A stretch of 64,000 bases of DNA, from IMG/VR virus record IMGVR_UViG_3300025828_000014; one strand, given 5' to 3'. Under the pieces are notes generated by a model. It did not search any database and had not been told where the DNA came from. It worked only from the letters and a program-made list of their open reading frames with translations. Below, piece after piece: positions 51,604-59,418 of this stretch (the stretch's first letter is position 1; each line of letters opens with the position of its first letter). This DNA is from a virus. The position numbers and the translations under genes were made by a program.

Positions 51604-52490
51604 TTTGTAATATTTACATCTGCTGCACAAGTGCACCAATTTCTGGTGCAAATAACATGCTGATCTGGCCTAACAAATGTTCCTTCGTATATATTTCCCA
51701 GACTGCCACCAACTCTACAGGTTGCTCTATGCACTTCACCGTCCCAGTTGATCATTAAACTTTCTATTCCTGCTCTGCATTGCCATCCTTTAAACATATT
51801 TAATTTATTTTTTAATATATCATTTGTATGCATTAGTTCTTTGCTATCAACAAGTGTATTTGGTTTCGCAGTTGTTTCTGTGCTTTTAATCCATTCTAAA
51901 TCTTTTAAATCATAACGCATATCGTCAAACCAGTCATGTTTTTCAGTCCAACGTATACGTCTAATACTAAATGGAATATTGTGTTCAGTTAACCATCTTG
52001 TGGCTAATTTTACTTCAGGCATATAATCTTGATGAGCCATTAACATTACATGATAATCTTTTGGAAATTTCGTGCCTCCTAATGTTCCGGCAAGATAAAT
52101 TATGTTATCAAGTCTTACACTCCAATCAACATCTTCAAGATGTAAACTAAAAACGATATAATTTACACGTAAATTTAAATAGAAGTCTGACTTCCTTGTT
52201 CCGTTAGTAGTTACACTAAGCCATTTGATCTTTGGTCTAGCATATTCTATCAATTGTTCAAATTGTGGATGCACACAAGGTTCGCCTCCTGTAAAACTTA
52301 TCCTAACATTTTCAATTTCGGATAATCTATCTACAGTTTCAAAAAGTTTGCCTATGTTTGTATGTGGACTGTGCTGGTCATGTATTTCAGGAGGACAGTA
52401 GGAACAATCTAGGTTGCAACGTTTTCCTAAATTCCATTCTACTTTTACACTATCTCTGTAATGCGGCCATCTGTTTTCTACACTAAACAT
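51594..52490 (-). CDS. Radical SAM protein, type B
   Basis: CNLDCSYC, TGGEP; NMFKGWQCRAG...ATC...GNI...CTRNWCTCAAD. Confidence 0.85.
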   Translation of the reverse strand: MFSVENRWPHYRDSVKVEWNLGKRCNLDCSYCPPEIHDQHSPHTNIGKLFETVDRLSEIENVRISFTGGEPCVHPQFEQLIEYARPKIKWLSVTTNGTRKSDFYLNLRVNYIVFSLHLEDVDWSVRLDNIIYLAGTLGGTKFPKDYHVMLMAHQDYMPEVKLATRWLTEHNIPFSIRRIRWTEKHDWFDDMRYDLKDLEWIKSTETTAKPNTLVDSKELMHTNDILKNKLNMFKGWQCRAGIESLMINWDGEVHRATCRVGGSLGNIYEGTFVRPDQHVICTRNWCTCAADVNITKWK

Positions 52491-53422
52491 TTACTAATAT
52501 TAGTCTCCGGCATACATTTACACTCGCATTGAGTGCAAATAACAGGTTGTAATGTGGGATTAAATTTTTTATAAAATGTTTTTTGTCTAAAATTATAATT
52601 TTTATCTTTGCCAAATAAATGTTGTCCACATGTTCCACTTAATTCACCATTTGGGCTAATATGTATCCAGTCTAATCCTAAATTACATTTCCAACCTTTG
52701 AAAGTATTAAGTTTATTTACTAAAATATAATTGTCTGGCACACGTTTTTCGTCTACATATATTTTAGTTGATTTGTATTTGTTATTAATAAAAAACCAAA
52801 AAGGATTAGCACTACGAGCTTTATGTTTTTTTAAAATAATTTTTTGTTTTTCTGTATATTTTTCATGACTTAGAATTTCTGTATATCTAATAGTCCAGCG
52901 ATATTTGCTTTTTTTCATTTGTTTAACTGCTGATATACATTTGTCCCAAGCTAACGGATCCATCATTACACTAGCACTTACAATAACTTTATTTTTATAT
53001 AGTAAATCAGCAACGTTAATAAATGACTGTAGATTGGCTTGTTGATGATGATAACTTAGATGTATTTTGTCAAAATATTTGGCAAAATTATTCCATAAGT
53101 CTAATTTTTTACTACCATTGCTAGTCATGCTTATCAAACAAGTGTAATTATCTTTTAAATATTTTATATAATCTAGTAACTTTGGCCAGTGTGTAGGTTC
53201 ACCGCCTACAAAATGAATATCGAATTTAGTTTTACCTTGACTCATATACCATTTGAGCAGTCTGTCTGTATTCTTAATTAATAGATCGTAATCAAACCAT
53301 TTATAATTACCTTCGTGTGCTCCTTCAAAACAATACCAGCATTGATAATTACAAATATTACCAATACTCATATCTATCATTAGTGTATCGTCATTGATAT
53401 TATTTTTAATTTGCGTAATCAT
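52478..53422 (-). CDS. Radical SAM protein, type B
   Basis: CNYQCWYC, VGGEPT; NTFKGWKCNLG...GTC...CTQCECKCMPE. Confidence 0.85.
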   Translation of the reverse strand: MITQIKNNINDDTLMIDMSIGNICNYQCWYCFEGAHEGNYKWFDYDLLIKNTDRLLKWYMSQGKTKFDIHFVGGEPTHWPKLLDYIKYLKDNYTCLISMTSNGSKKLDLWNNFAKYFDKIHLSYHHQQANLQSFINVADLLYKNKVIVSASVMMDPLAWDKCISAVKQMKKSKYRWTIRYTEILSHEKYTEKQKIILKKHKARSANPFWFFINNKYKSTKIYVDEKRVPDNYILVNKLNTFKGWKCNLGLDWIHISPNGELSGTCGQHLFGKDKNYNFRQKTFYKKFNPTLQPVICTQCECKCMPETNISKCLV

Positions 53423-54665
53423 TAATTAAGTCTTCAAAATTTGTTTGATTACGGCTTTTGTCTAATCTACGATTGAACTCTACAGTTTGTGGCCATTTGT
53501 GAGACAAGTCCTTGGCTAATAGAAAGTTAATGTTATCATCAATTTGTCGTAATGTAATAGGTAGTATCTTATCGTTTATACTCATAATAGGATAATTTTT
53601 TACATCTTCTTTAATTTTAATTAATTCTTTTACAACTTTTTGCTTGTATGTGTTTGGTAAACACTGAGCACTTAAAACATTTGGATAGTTTACTCTGTGC
53701 GAGTAAAACACAATGCCCATTGTGTTTAAAAAATAATCGATAATCTGTGGCAATTGTAAAACATTACCTGCTTGGACAGTGCAAGCACCTACAACATATT
53801 TAACATTGGGAAAGCTCTTAAAGATTTTGACATTTTCTTCCACTTCTTCAAACTTACCATTGCCTCTAATGTATTCATACACATCGTGTAGCCCGTCTAT
53901 GCTTACATTTACGACCACGTTTTTAAACTTAGGCCAATAGTCGTGTATGGTCCTTCCGCCCTTTATACCAGTCACTGTGCCGTTTGTAGCATACTTTATT
54001 TCAATGTTTTCGCCGTATGGTGCTAACATATCTAAAATGCGATAGTGACTAGGATCCATCAGTGGTTCGCCACCAGCAAACTCAATTCTGCGGAAATATG
54101 GAAGCAATTTTTCAAGATTGCTCCAAAACTCTACACTGTCTTCAAACAAGCCAATGTATGGTGCTCGTGTTAATCCTAGTTTGCGCACAGCATCCACTAG
54201 GTAGTTGCCTTCTTCCTCATAAAACTGTTCTACTTGTTCCCAGTCTTTCCACTGTGTGCTGTCTAATGGATTGCACATTCTACACTTGAGATTGCACAAG
54301 TTGTTAATTTTTATCTCAATAGTAGGAAACTCAAACGGCATGGTATAGTCATCATTGAGTTTGTCTAATGCATCAGGATACAAGTTTATACGTGCATCAG
54401 GAAAACTATCACGTATGTGTCTTTGCCTTAAACTTTCTACACCTTGTGCTTCTAAATCAAAACAAGGAACACATTCGGCTGGTATTTCATTATTTAATAC
54501 TTGCTCACGCACTCTAAGCATATTTTTGTTATTCCATGCACTTTCCAATGTTTCATCTTGTATCCAGCCAATTGGTTGACTACGACAGCATACTTTGATT
54601 GCACCGTCTTCTCTAGTAGCAAGACCTGTAAAAGGGTGTAAACAAAAAGTTTTACTTGGATGCAT
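53406..54665 (-). CDS. Radical SAM protein, type A
   Basis: FCLHPFTGLATREDG...VCC...CVPC; CNLKCRMC; AGGEP. Confidence 0.88.
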   Translation of the reverse strand: MHPSKTFCLHPFTGLATREDGAIKVCCRSQPIGWIQDETLESAWNNKNMLRVREQVLNNEIPAECVPCFDLEAQGVESLRQRHIRDSFPDARINLYPDALDKLNDDYTMPFEFPTIEIKINNLCNLKCRMCNPLDSTQWKDWEQVEQFYEEEGNYLVDAVRKLGLTRAPYIGLFEDSVEFWSNLEKLLPYFRRIEFAGGEPLMDPSHYRILDMLAPYGENIEIKYATNGTVTGIKGGRTIHDYWPKFKNVVVNVSIDGLHDVYEYIRGNGKFEEVEENVKIFKSFPNVKYVVGACTVQAGNVLQLPQIIDYFLNTMGIVFYSHRVNYPNVLSAQCLPNTYKQKVVKELIKIKEDVKNYPIMSINDKILPITLRQIDDNINFLLAKDLSHKWPQTVEFNRRLDKSRNQTNFEDLINDYAN

Positions 54666-55347
54666 TTGCTATACCCCATTCACGTTCTTTACACCAAAAA
54701 CATTCGTTACAGTATGGCACATGTTGATAAGGTTTGTATGTTGTATAGTCTAGCCCTTCAAATTCTCCTTCACAACTACGTGTTATTTCCAACAGTTCGC
54801 CGATTTCATAATCAACATACTGTTTTATAATCCAATTTTTACGAACCATACTAAAAGGATGACACACTGTTACACCCATATGTTTTGTTTCGGCAGGCAA
54901 TCTAGCATATTCTCTGTCCTCGGGAGCACCTTCAAACTTTTCATCTGGATTAAGTGTCACAGCAGCATACCATGCGTCAAGTTTGTGTAGGTGTGCAATG
55001 TATTCATTGTGAGCTCGTAGTATAATCCTGTTACCAGGCTTGCTTTGTCCATACTCGTCTGTGATATAGGTTGTGTTTGGCTCTTCCATCTCTGGTGGTA
55101 TAAAGCCCTCTATATGTTCAATGCGATTATGAAACTTTTCACGGAACCAATGAACCACATCTTTAGCAACCCAACGTTGCCAAGGGCGTGTTTTCCACAT
55201 ACGCACTTGTGTAGTGAAGTAGATATCAGCGTTTGTATTACTCAACACAAAATAAGCCAGCAAAGCACTGTCAGCACCGCCACTTAGACTGATGCCAATT
55301 CTATTCCAATTTCTTTTAAGGGGGATGTAAACTCCGTCGATTACCAT
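54652..55347 (-). CDS. PP-loop ATP pyrophosphatase, QueC-like
   Basis: 'ISLSGGADSALL' PP-loop; C-terminal Zn motif 'TRSCEG...CNECFWCKER'. Confidence 0.7.
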   Translation of the reverse strand: MVIDGVYIPLKRNWNRIGISLSGGADSALLAYFVLSNTNADIYFTTQVRMWKTRPWQRWVAKDVVHWFREKFHNRIEHIEGFIPPEMEEPNTTYITDEYGQSKPGNRIILRAHNEYIAHLHKLDAWYAAVTLNPDEKFEGAPEDREYARLPAETKHMGVTVCHPFSMVRKNWIIKQYVDYEIGELLEITRSCEGEFEGLDYTTYKPYQHVPYCNECFWCKEREWGIANASK

Positions 55348-55352
55348 ACTAA

Positions 55353-55380
55353 ATTATAACACATTTTAGTAATGTGTCAA
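55353..55380 (-). promoter_or_regulatory. Sigma70-type promoter TTGACA-N16-TATAAT, 5 nt before the ATG
   Basis: On the - strand: TTGACA 55380-55375, TATAAT 55358-55353, then TTAGT and ATG (55347). Confidence 0.7.
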
Positions 55381-56172
55381 GTGTCCTATTCCTATGCGTT
55401 CTTTGAATTCTTGAGTAAATTTACAGTCAATACGTAGTCCATATTCTTGTTCCATAGAAAATTCACCACCGTGCCAGTCTTGATCATTGAAAAAACAAGC
55501 ATGTGAATTTACATAATGCTTGCGTTTGTGCTCTGGATCCCAAATATAAAAGCCACGCTTGGTGTTTGGACGTATATGAATAAACTCGATGTTGTGATCA
55601 GTATAGTCTTTGACCTCTGGATCTAAATCTCTATGTTCAAAAGGTCTACTACTTGCTTCACTTACAAAAAACATAACTCTACCTACGTGTTCTACAATTG
55701 ATTTTTCTTGTAGTTGTGCTATCCAACGCATAACACCTGGAAAGTAATCACTTTCTTCTGTTGCTGCTCTTTGTTCAGCACCTCTGTCTTTCATATTAGT
55801 GCCTTCTTCTTGTAGCACATAGTAAGTATACGGATCATGTGCGCCCATGGCACTTTTCAAATATCTAACAAATTGATTACGTTCGGTATAATTTGTAAAG
55901 TCTGTAGGAAAAATCTTATCGCCTTCTATGCGTATAGGATTATCTGCTTCTAGTGCTTGGTATTCTTCAAATGCTTTGTATACAGGCTTCCAATTGCCAA
56001 TATAGCTCATGTCTTTTAAGTCAAACCCTGCTGGCATCCATGTGCCTTCTTTGGCGAATGGTCTTGCTTGAGCCATGCCTCTACAGATTTCTGCATTCAA
56101 ATTTTTAAATCCTTCTATGTCTAAAAAAGGATCCAAGTCGATGTAGGGTAAGTTTTCGAAACCACGTATCAT
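55366..56172 (-). CDS. Putative 2OG-Fe(II) oxygenase-fold protein
   Basis: 'VGRVMFF...PFEHRD' (HxD) and distal 'FNDQDWHGG....YGLRIDC'. Confidence 0.5.
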   Translation of the reverse strand: MIRGFENLPYIDLDPFLDIEGFKNLNAEICRGMAQARPFAKEGTWMPAGFDLKDMSYIGNWKPVYKAFEEYQALEADNPIRIEGDKIFPTDFTNYTERNQFVRYLKSAMGAHDPYTYYVLQEEGTNMKDRGAEQRAATEESDYFPGVMRWIAQLQEKSIVEHVGRVMFFVSEASSRPFEHRDLDPEVKDYTDHNIEFIHIRPNTKRGFYIWDPEHKRKHYVNSHACFFNDQDWHGGEFSMEQEYGLRIDCKFTQEFKERIGIGHLTHY

Positions 56173-56177
56173 ACAAA

Positions 56178-56195
56178 TACTTATTCATTAAATAC
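56178..56195. promoter_or_regulatory. Back-to-back late-promoter motifs in a 26-nt divergent gap
   Basis: TAAGTA on - at 56178-56183 (5 nt before the ATG at 56172); TAAATAC on + at 56189-56195 (TAAATA is 4 nt before the ATG at 56199). Confidence 0.6.
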
Positions 56196-56198
56196 TTT

Positions 56199-56855
56199 AT
56201 GCTAACTAACACTGAATTTACAACAACTCCTGCTACACTTTTAGAAGCCAATGCGCTATGCCAAGAAATGACAGGTAAAACTGTTTTAAACAAACCTAAA
56301 GGAGATTTTTTCTATGATCCATGGGAAATATTGCCTGAATATAGCGGCACAGTATTTGAACGTTTGTTACAACCTTTACAAAACATAGGCGAAGCAAGAA
56401 TTATACGTCAAGAGTCTGGAACTTGTTATTTTGCTCACAGTGATATTGACAACAGATATCATTTGAATATATCAGGAGATCAAGCAGCATTATTTGACCT
56501 AAACAATAACAAAATGTATCCTTTAGAATCAGACGGCAAATACTACCTAATGGATGCTGGACGTAATCACAGTGCTGCTAATTTTGGCCAATTTCCAAGA
56601 TATCAATTGGTAGTTAGATGTTTACTTAAAAGATCGACTTGGGTAAACAAACCAGTAGAAATTATTGGTGCCGGAGAAAATCCAAGATTTGTATTTGACA
56701 AATATATTTCACCGTTATTAAACGAAATCAACAGACGCGGAGCAATGAATAAATTTTGTATTACTACTACAGGTGTAAAGTTTATAACAAATGATTTTTG
56801 GATAAATGAATTACGTCAAGTTATGCCATATAAATTTTCTTTGCTAACTCAATAA
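56199..56855 (+). CDS. 2OG-Fe(II) oxygenase, Asp/Asn beta-hydroxylase-like
   Basis: 'EARII....GTCYFAHSDID.RYHLNI' and 'HSAANFG..PRYQLVVR'. Confidence 0.65.
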   Translation: MLTNTEFTTTPATLLEANALCQEMTGKTVLNKPKGDFFYDPWEILPEYSGTVFERLLQPLQNIGEARIIRQESGTCYFAHSDIDNRYHLNISGDQAALFDLNNNKMYPLESDGKYYLMDAGRNHSAANFGQFPRYQLVVRCLLKRSTWVNKPVEIIGAGENPRFVFDKYISPLLNEINRRGAMNKFCITTTGVKFITNDFWINELRQVMPYKFSLLTQ

Positions 56856-57489
56856 ATTCTTTAGGGTAATCGTTATTAAAGTTATCTAACACGACACCTC
56901 CATAAAACTTAAAAGAAAAGGTTTTGCTTGGATCTATTCCGTTGTAATTTAAATATTCAAAAAGTTTTGCTTGTCTATCTTTGCTAATATGATCTAGCAC
57001 ACTTTCTATACTTACTTCTGGTTCGTCATCACTGTAACAAAAAAAATGATTTATAGTTCTAAGCTGATCATCTATGATAAAAAAACTGCTTGGATGTAAA
57101 CTGTATTTCCAAATGCCTTTATTTCTATAGTCCTGTAGTATAGTGAGCATTTGTTCTTGCCAGTCTGGCAATACTTTATCAAAATTACGCCAATCACAAT
57201 TAGCAAGTTGCCAAAAGTCGTCGCCTTGTATGTTAAAAATTATTCTACGTTTAATACTGTCTAGTTCTTTTACATCTAGTGTATGAGGTGCTTCTAGTGT
57301 ATACTTAAATTCTCTACGCCATTTTTCGTTCAGCACACTTTGAGGTAAACATTGATTTTTGTGATAGTTTTGATCTACTGTGTAATGAACACTAAACAGA
57401 TTGTTTTGTCTGTCTATCTTGCTTGTATATACAAGATTATTTCTACACAGGCCTTTGCCTGGCACTGTGTTGTAATAGTATTCAAACAT
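56821..57489 (-). CDS. Hypothetical protein, possible degenerate kinase-like fold
   Basis: 'WRREFKY', 'KGIWKYSLHPSSFFIIDDQLRTINHF' echoes the catalytic-loop/DFG layout but lacks the catalytic Asp residues. Confidence 0.4.
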   Translation of the reverse strand: MFEYYYNTVPGKGLCRNNLVYTSKIDRQNNLFSVHYTVDQNYHKNQCLPQSVLNEKWRREFKYTLEAPHTLDVKELDSIKRRIIFNIQGDDFWQLANCDWRNFDKVLPDWQEQMLTILQDYRNKGIWKYSLHPSSFFIIDDQLRTINHFFCYSDDEPEVSIESVLDHISKDRQAKLFEYLNYNGIDPSKTFSFKFYGGVVLDNFNNDYPKEFIELAKKIYMA

Positions 57490-59345
57490 TAGCTATAAAG
57501 TGGAATAAACTTTGTTTCGCCGTTAACAGTTGCTTGTAACCAACTATCAGGTGTGCTTGTATTACTAGGTATTACTCCTGTTTCTCCATGAACTTTAAAA
57601 TCTTTTAATGATACCGCAAGTTGTCCATTAGAATCAAATATCATGTAATTGCTACCATAGGTTGGTGATTGTGTAGCAAAGATTAATTCGCCTGGGCAAC
57701 CTCTATGCTCACCTGCCGATAAGCTAATTGTTGCATCATCAGGAACTTTTGCATAAATGCCTGCAATAGTGGCAAATTGCATTTCGGTATCGTTTTCGTA
57801 AGTAGAATCTTCTGGATCAGGATTGATTGCAATTGCTGCATTAAATGCAAGGGCAGGTAGTTTTGTTCCTGCTGTAATTGGTAATGGGTCTAACCATGAA
57901 CCACCAATAGCTTCTACTCTAAAACCTTGTTGATACCAGTCGGGAATATTTGGCTGTGTAGCACGGTAAAATTTTCCGGTTAATGCTGGGATACTGTATG
58001 CGCTTTCAACAATTACACTTATACCTTCCGATGTTATTTCGATAGTGTCAAGATCTAAACTTGTAGCAACGATATTATCTGCATATACAGTAGTTGTAGA
58101 TAATGTATTTGCTGAAGGATCAAAAACTTCTAACCCATTATCTGCAAAAATATTACCGTTTAGACTAACACCGCTCCAGTGTTTCAATGTTGCATCAAAT
58201 AAAACACCGTCTGAATGTGTATAATTACCTGAATGCGTTCCTACATGGTGTCCATTTAATGTTGTTGCACTAACAATTTCTGCATTTAACTGATTAGCTG
58301 AATAGTCAAAAACATAGTTGTCATCACCGTTTAAAAGATTACCCTTAAAGCTGCCAACAAAATTACCAGATATATCTTCTAAAAAGGTTCTGGTTTGCAA
58401 TGCAAAAATCACATCGCCACCGTCTACAATATTACCTTCAAGTGTAGTTGAAGATTGAGATACTATAGATCCGTGGAACTCGCCGGTTTCAAAATCTAAC
58501 AATATATTGCCTTGGTCGTCGTATACACTAGCTTGTAACATTCTCAAACTTGGGTTCAAAACTATATCGTATCCGTCATCTACAATATCGCCTGATACAT
58601 TTCCTGCAAAGGTTTCGGTATTTGCGTCATATATAACTTGGCCGTTTATTAAACTTCTAATATCGCTATATAAAGGAATATTAATTTTATGAGTGTCAAC
58701 ATCTATTAGAATGTTTGAAGACTCGTCAATTATATTTCCGTAAAACTTACCTTTAAAAATATCTGTAGCTTGATTGTATGCGTAATCATAGTTTCCTGGA
58801 GTGATTTGCTTTTGTATACTTCCTGAGTATGCAATGTTATTCAAACGATTGTTTTCAACATCTAATATTACAACACCGCTGCTATCAAAAACGTTACCTT
58901 GGACATCAGCAATTATTTTTGGAAAGTCTGAATCTGTTGAAAGCAAAACATTACCGTTGGAATCAACAATGTTACCTGTAAAGTTCCCATAAAATTTGTT
59001 TTGTAATCTATCATAAGAAAGAACATTGCCAGGACCGTAGATGTCAGATGCTAATGGAACGTTAGAGCTATGCTGATTAATCACTACATAGCCTTTATTG
59101 GTTAATGTTCCGTCAAATGTTCCATGAAATGTTTTTAGAGACGAATCGTATGCTATATCACTATCAATATCATAAACATTTCCTTGAAATGAACCATAAA
59201 ATTTTCTAATATCTAAATCGAAAACAATTTCGCCATTGTGATTTTCAATATTTGCTCTAATTGTTCCTGAACTACTATCAACAATCAGCGAGCTATCGCC
59301 TCCTACAATATCAATGCGATATTGGCCACCTTCATATAATTCCAT
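57489..59345 (-). CDS. Repetitive fibre-like/virion protein
   Basis: Many 'F.G.F.GNi.D..g.v..D' repeats; C-terminal 'TPDSWLQATVNGETKFIPLY'; ATAAATA and an AGGAG SD upstream. Confidence 0.55.
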   Translation of the reverse strand: MELYEGGQYRIDIVGGDSSLIVDSSSGTIRANIENHNGEIVFDLDIRKFYGSFQGNVYDIDSDIAYDSSLKTFHGTFDGTLTNKGYVVINQHSSNVPLASDIYGPGNVLSYDRLQNKFYGNFTGNIVDSNGNVLLSTDSDFPKIIADVQGNVFDSSGVVILDVENNRLNNIAYSGSIQKQITPGNYDYAYNQATDIFKGKFYGNIIDESSNILIDVDTHKINIPLYSDIRSLINGQVIYDANTETFAGNVSGDIVDDGYDIVLNPSLRMLQASVYDDQGNILLDFETGEFHGSIVSQSSTTLEGNIVDGGDVIFALQTRTFLEDISGNFVGSFKGNLLNGDDNYVFDYSANQLNAEIVSATTLNGHHVGTHSGNYTHSDGVLFDATLKHWSGVSLNGNIFADNGLEVFDPSANTLSTTTVYADNIVATSLDLDTIEITSEGISVIVESAYSIPALTGKFYRATQPNIPDWYQQGFRVEAIGGSWLDPLPITAGTKLPALAFNAAIAINPDPEDSTYENDTEMQFATIAGIYAKVPDDATISLSAGEHRGCPGELIFATQSPTYGSNYMIFDSNGQLAVSLKDFKVHGETGVIPSNTSTPDSWLQATVNGETKFIPLYS

Positions 59346-59363
59346 AGCATGTCTCCTATAGTA

Positions 59364-59370
59364 TATTTAT
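59364..59370 (-). promoter_or_regulatory. Putative late promoter ATAAATA
   Basis: The - strand reads GATAAATATACTATAGGAGACATGCTATG. Confidence 0.55.
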
Positions 59371-59384
59371 CGGTCAATTAGGTC

Positions 59385-59413
59385 TTGACAATGTTATTTA
59401 GAACATATATAAT
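59385..59413 (+). promoter_or_regulatory. Consensus sigma70 promoter TTGACA-N17-TATAAT, 5 nt before the ATG
   Basis: TTGACA 59385-59390, TATAAT 59408-59413, ATG 59419, no SD. Confidence 0.8.
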
Positions 59414-59418
59414 ATGAT

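Noticed and set aside
54652-55347. Canonical 7-deazaguanine DNA-modification cluster (queC/queE/dpdA)
   Set aside because: No QueD, FolE or DpdA is recognisable here, and the radical SAMs carry auxiliary Cys domains unlike QueE, so no gene symbol was assigned.
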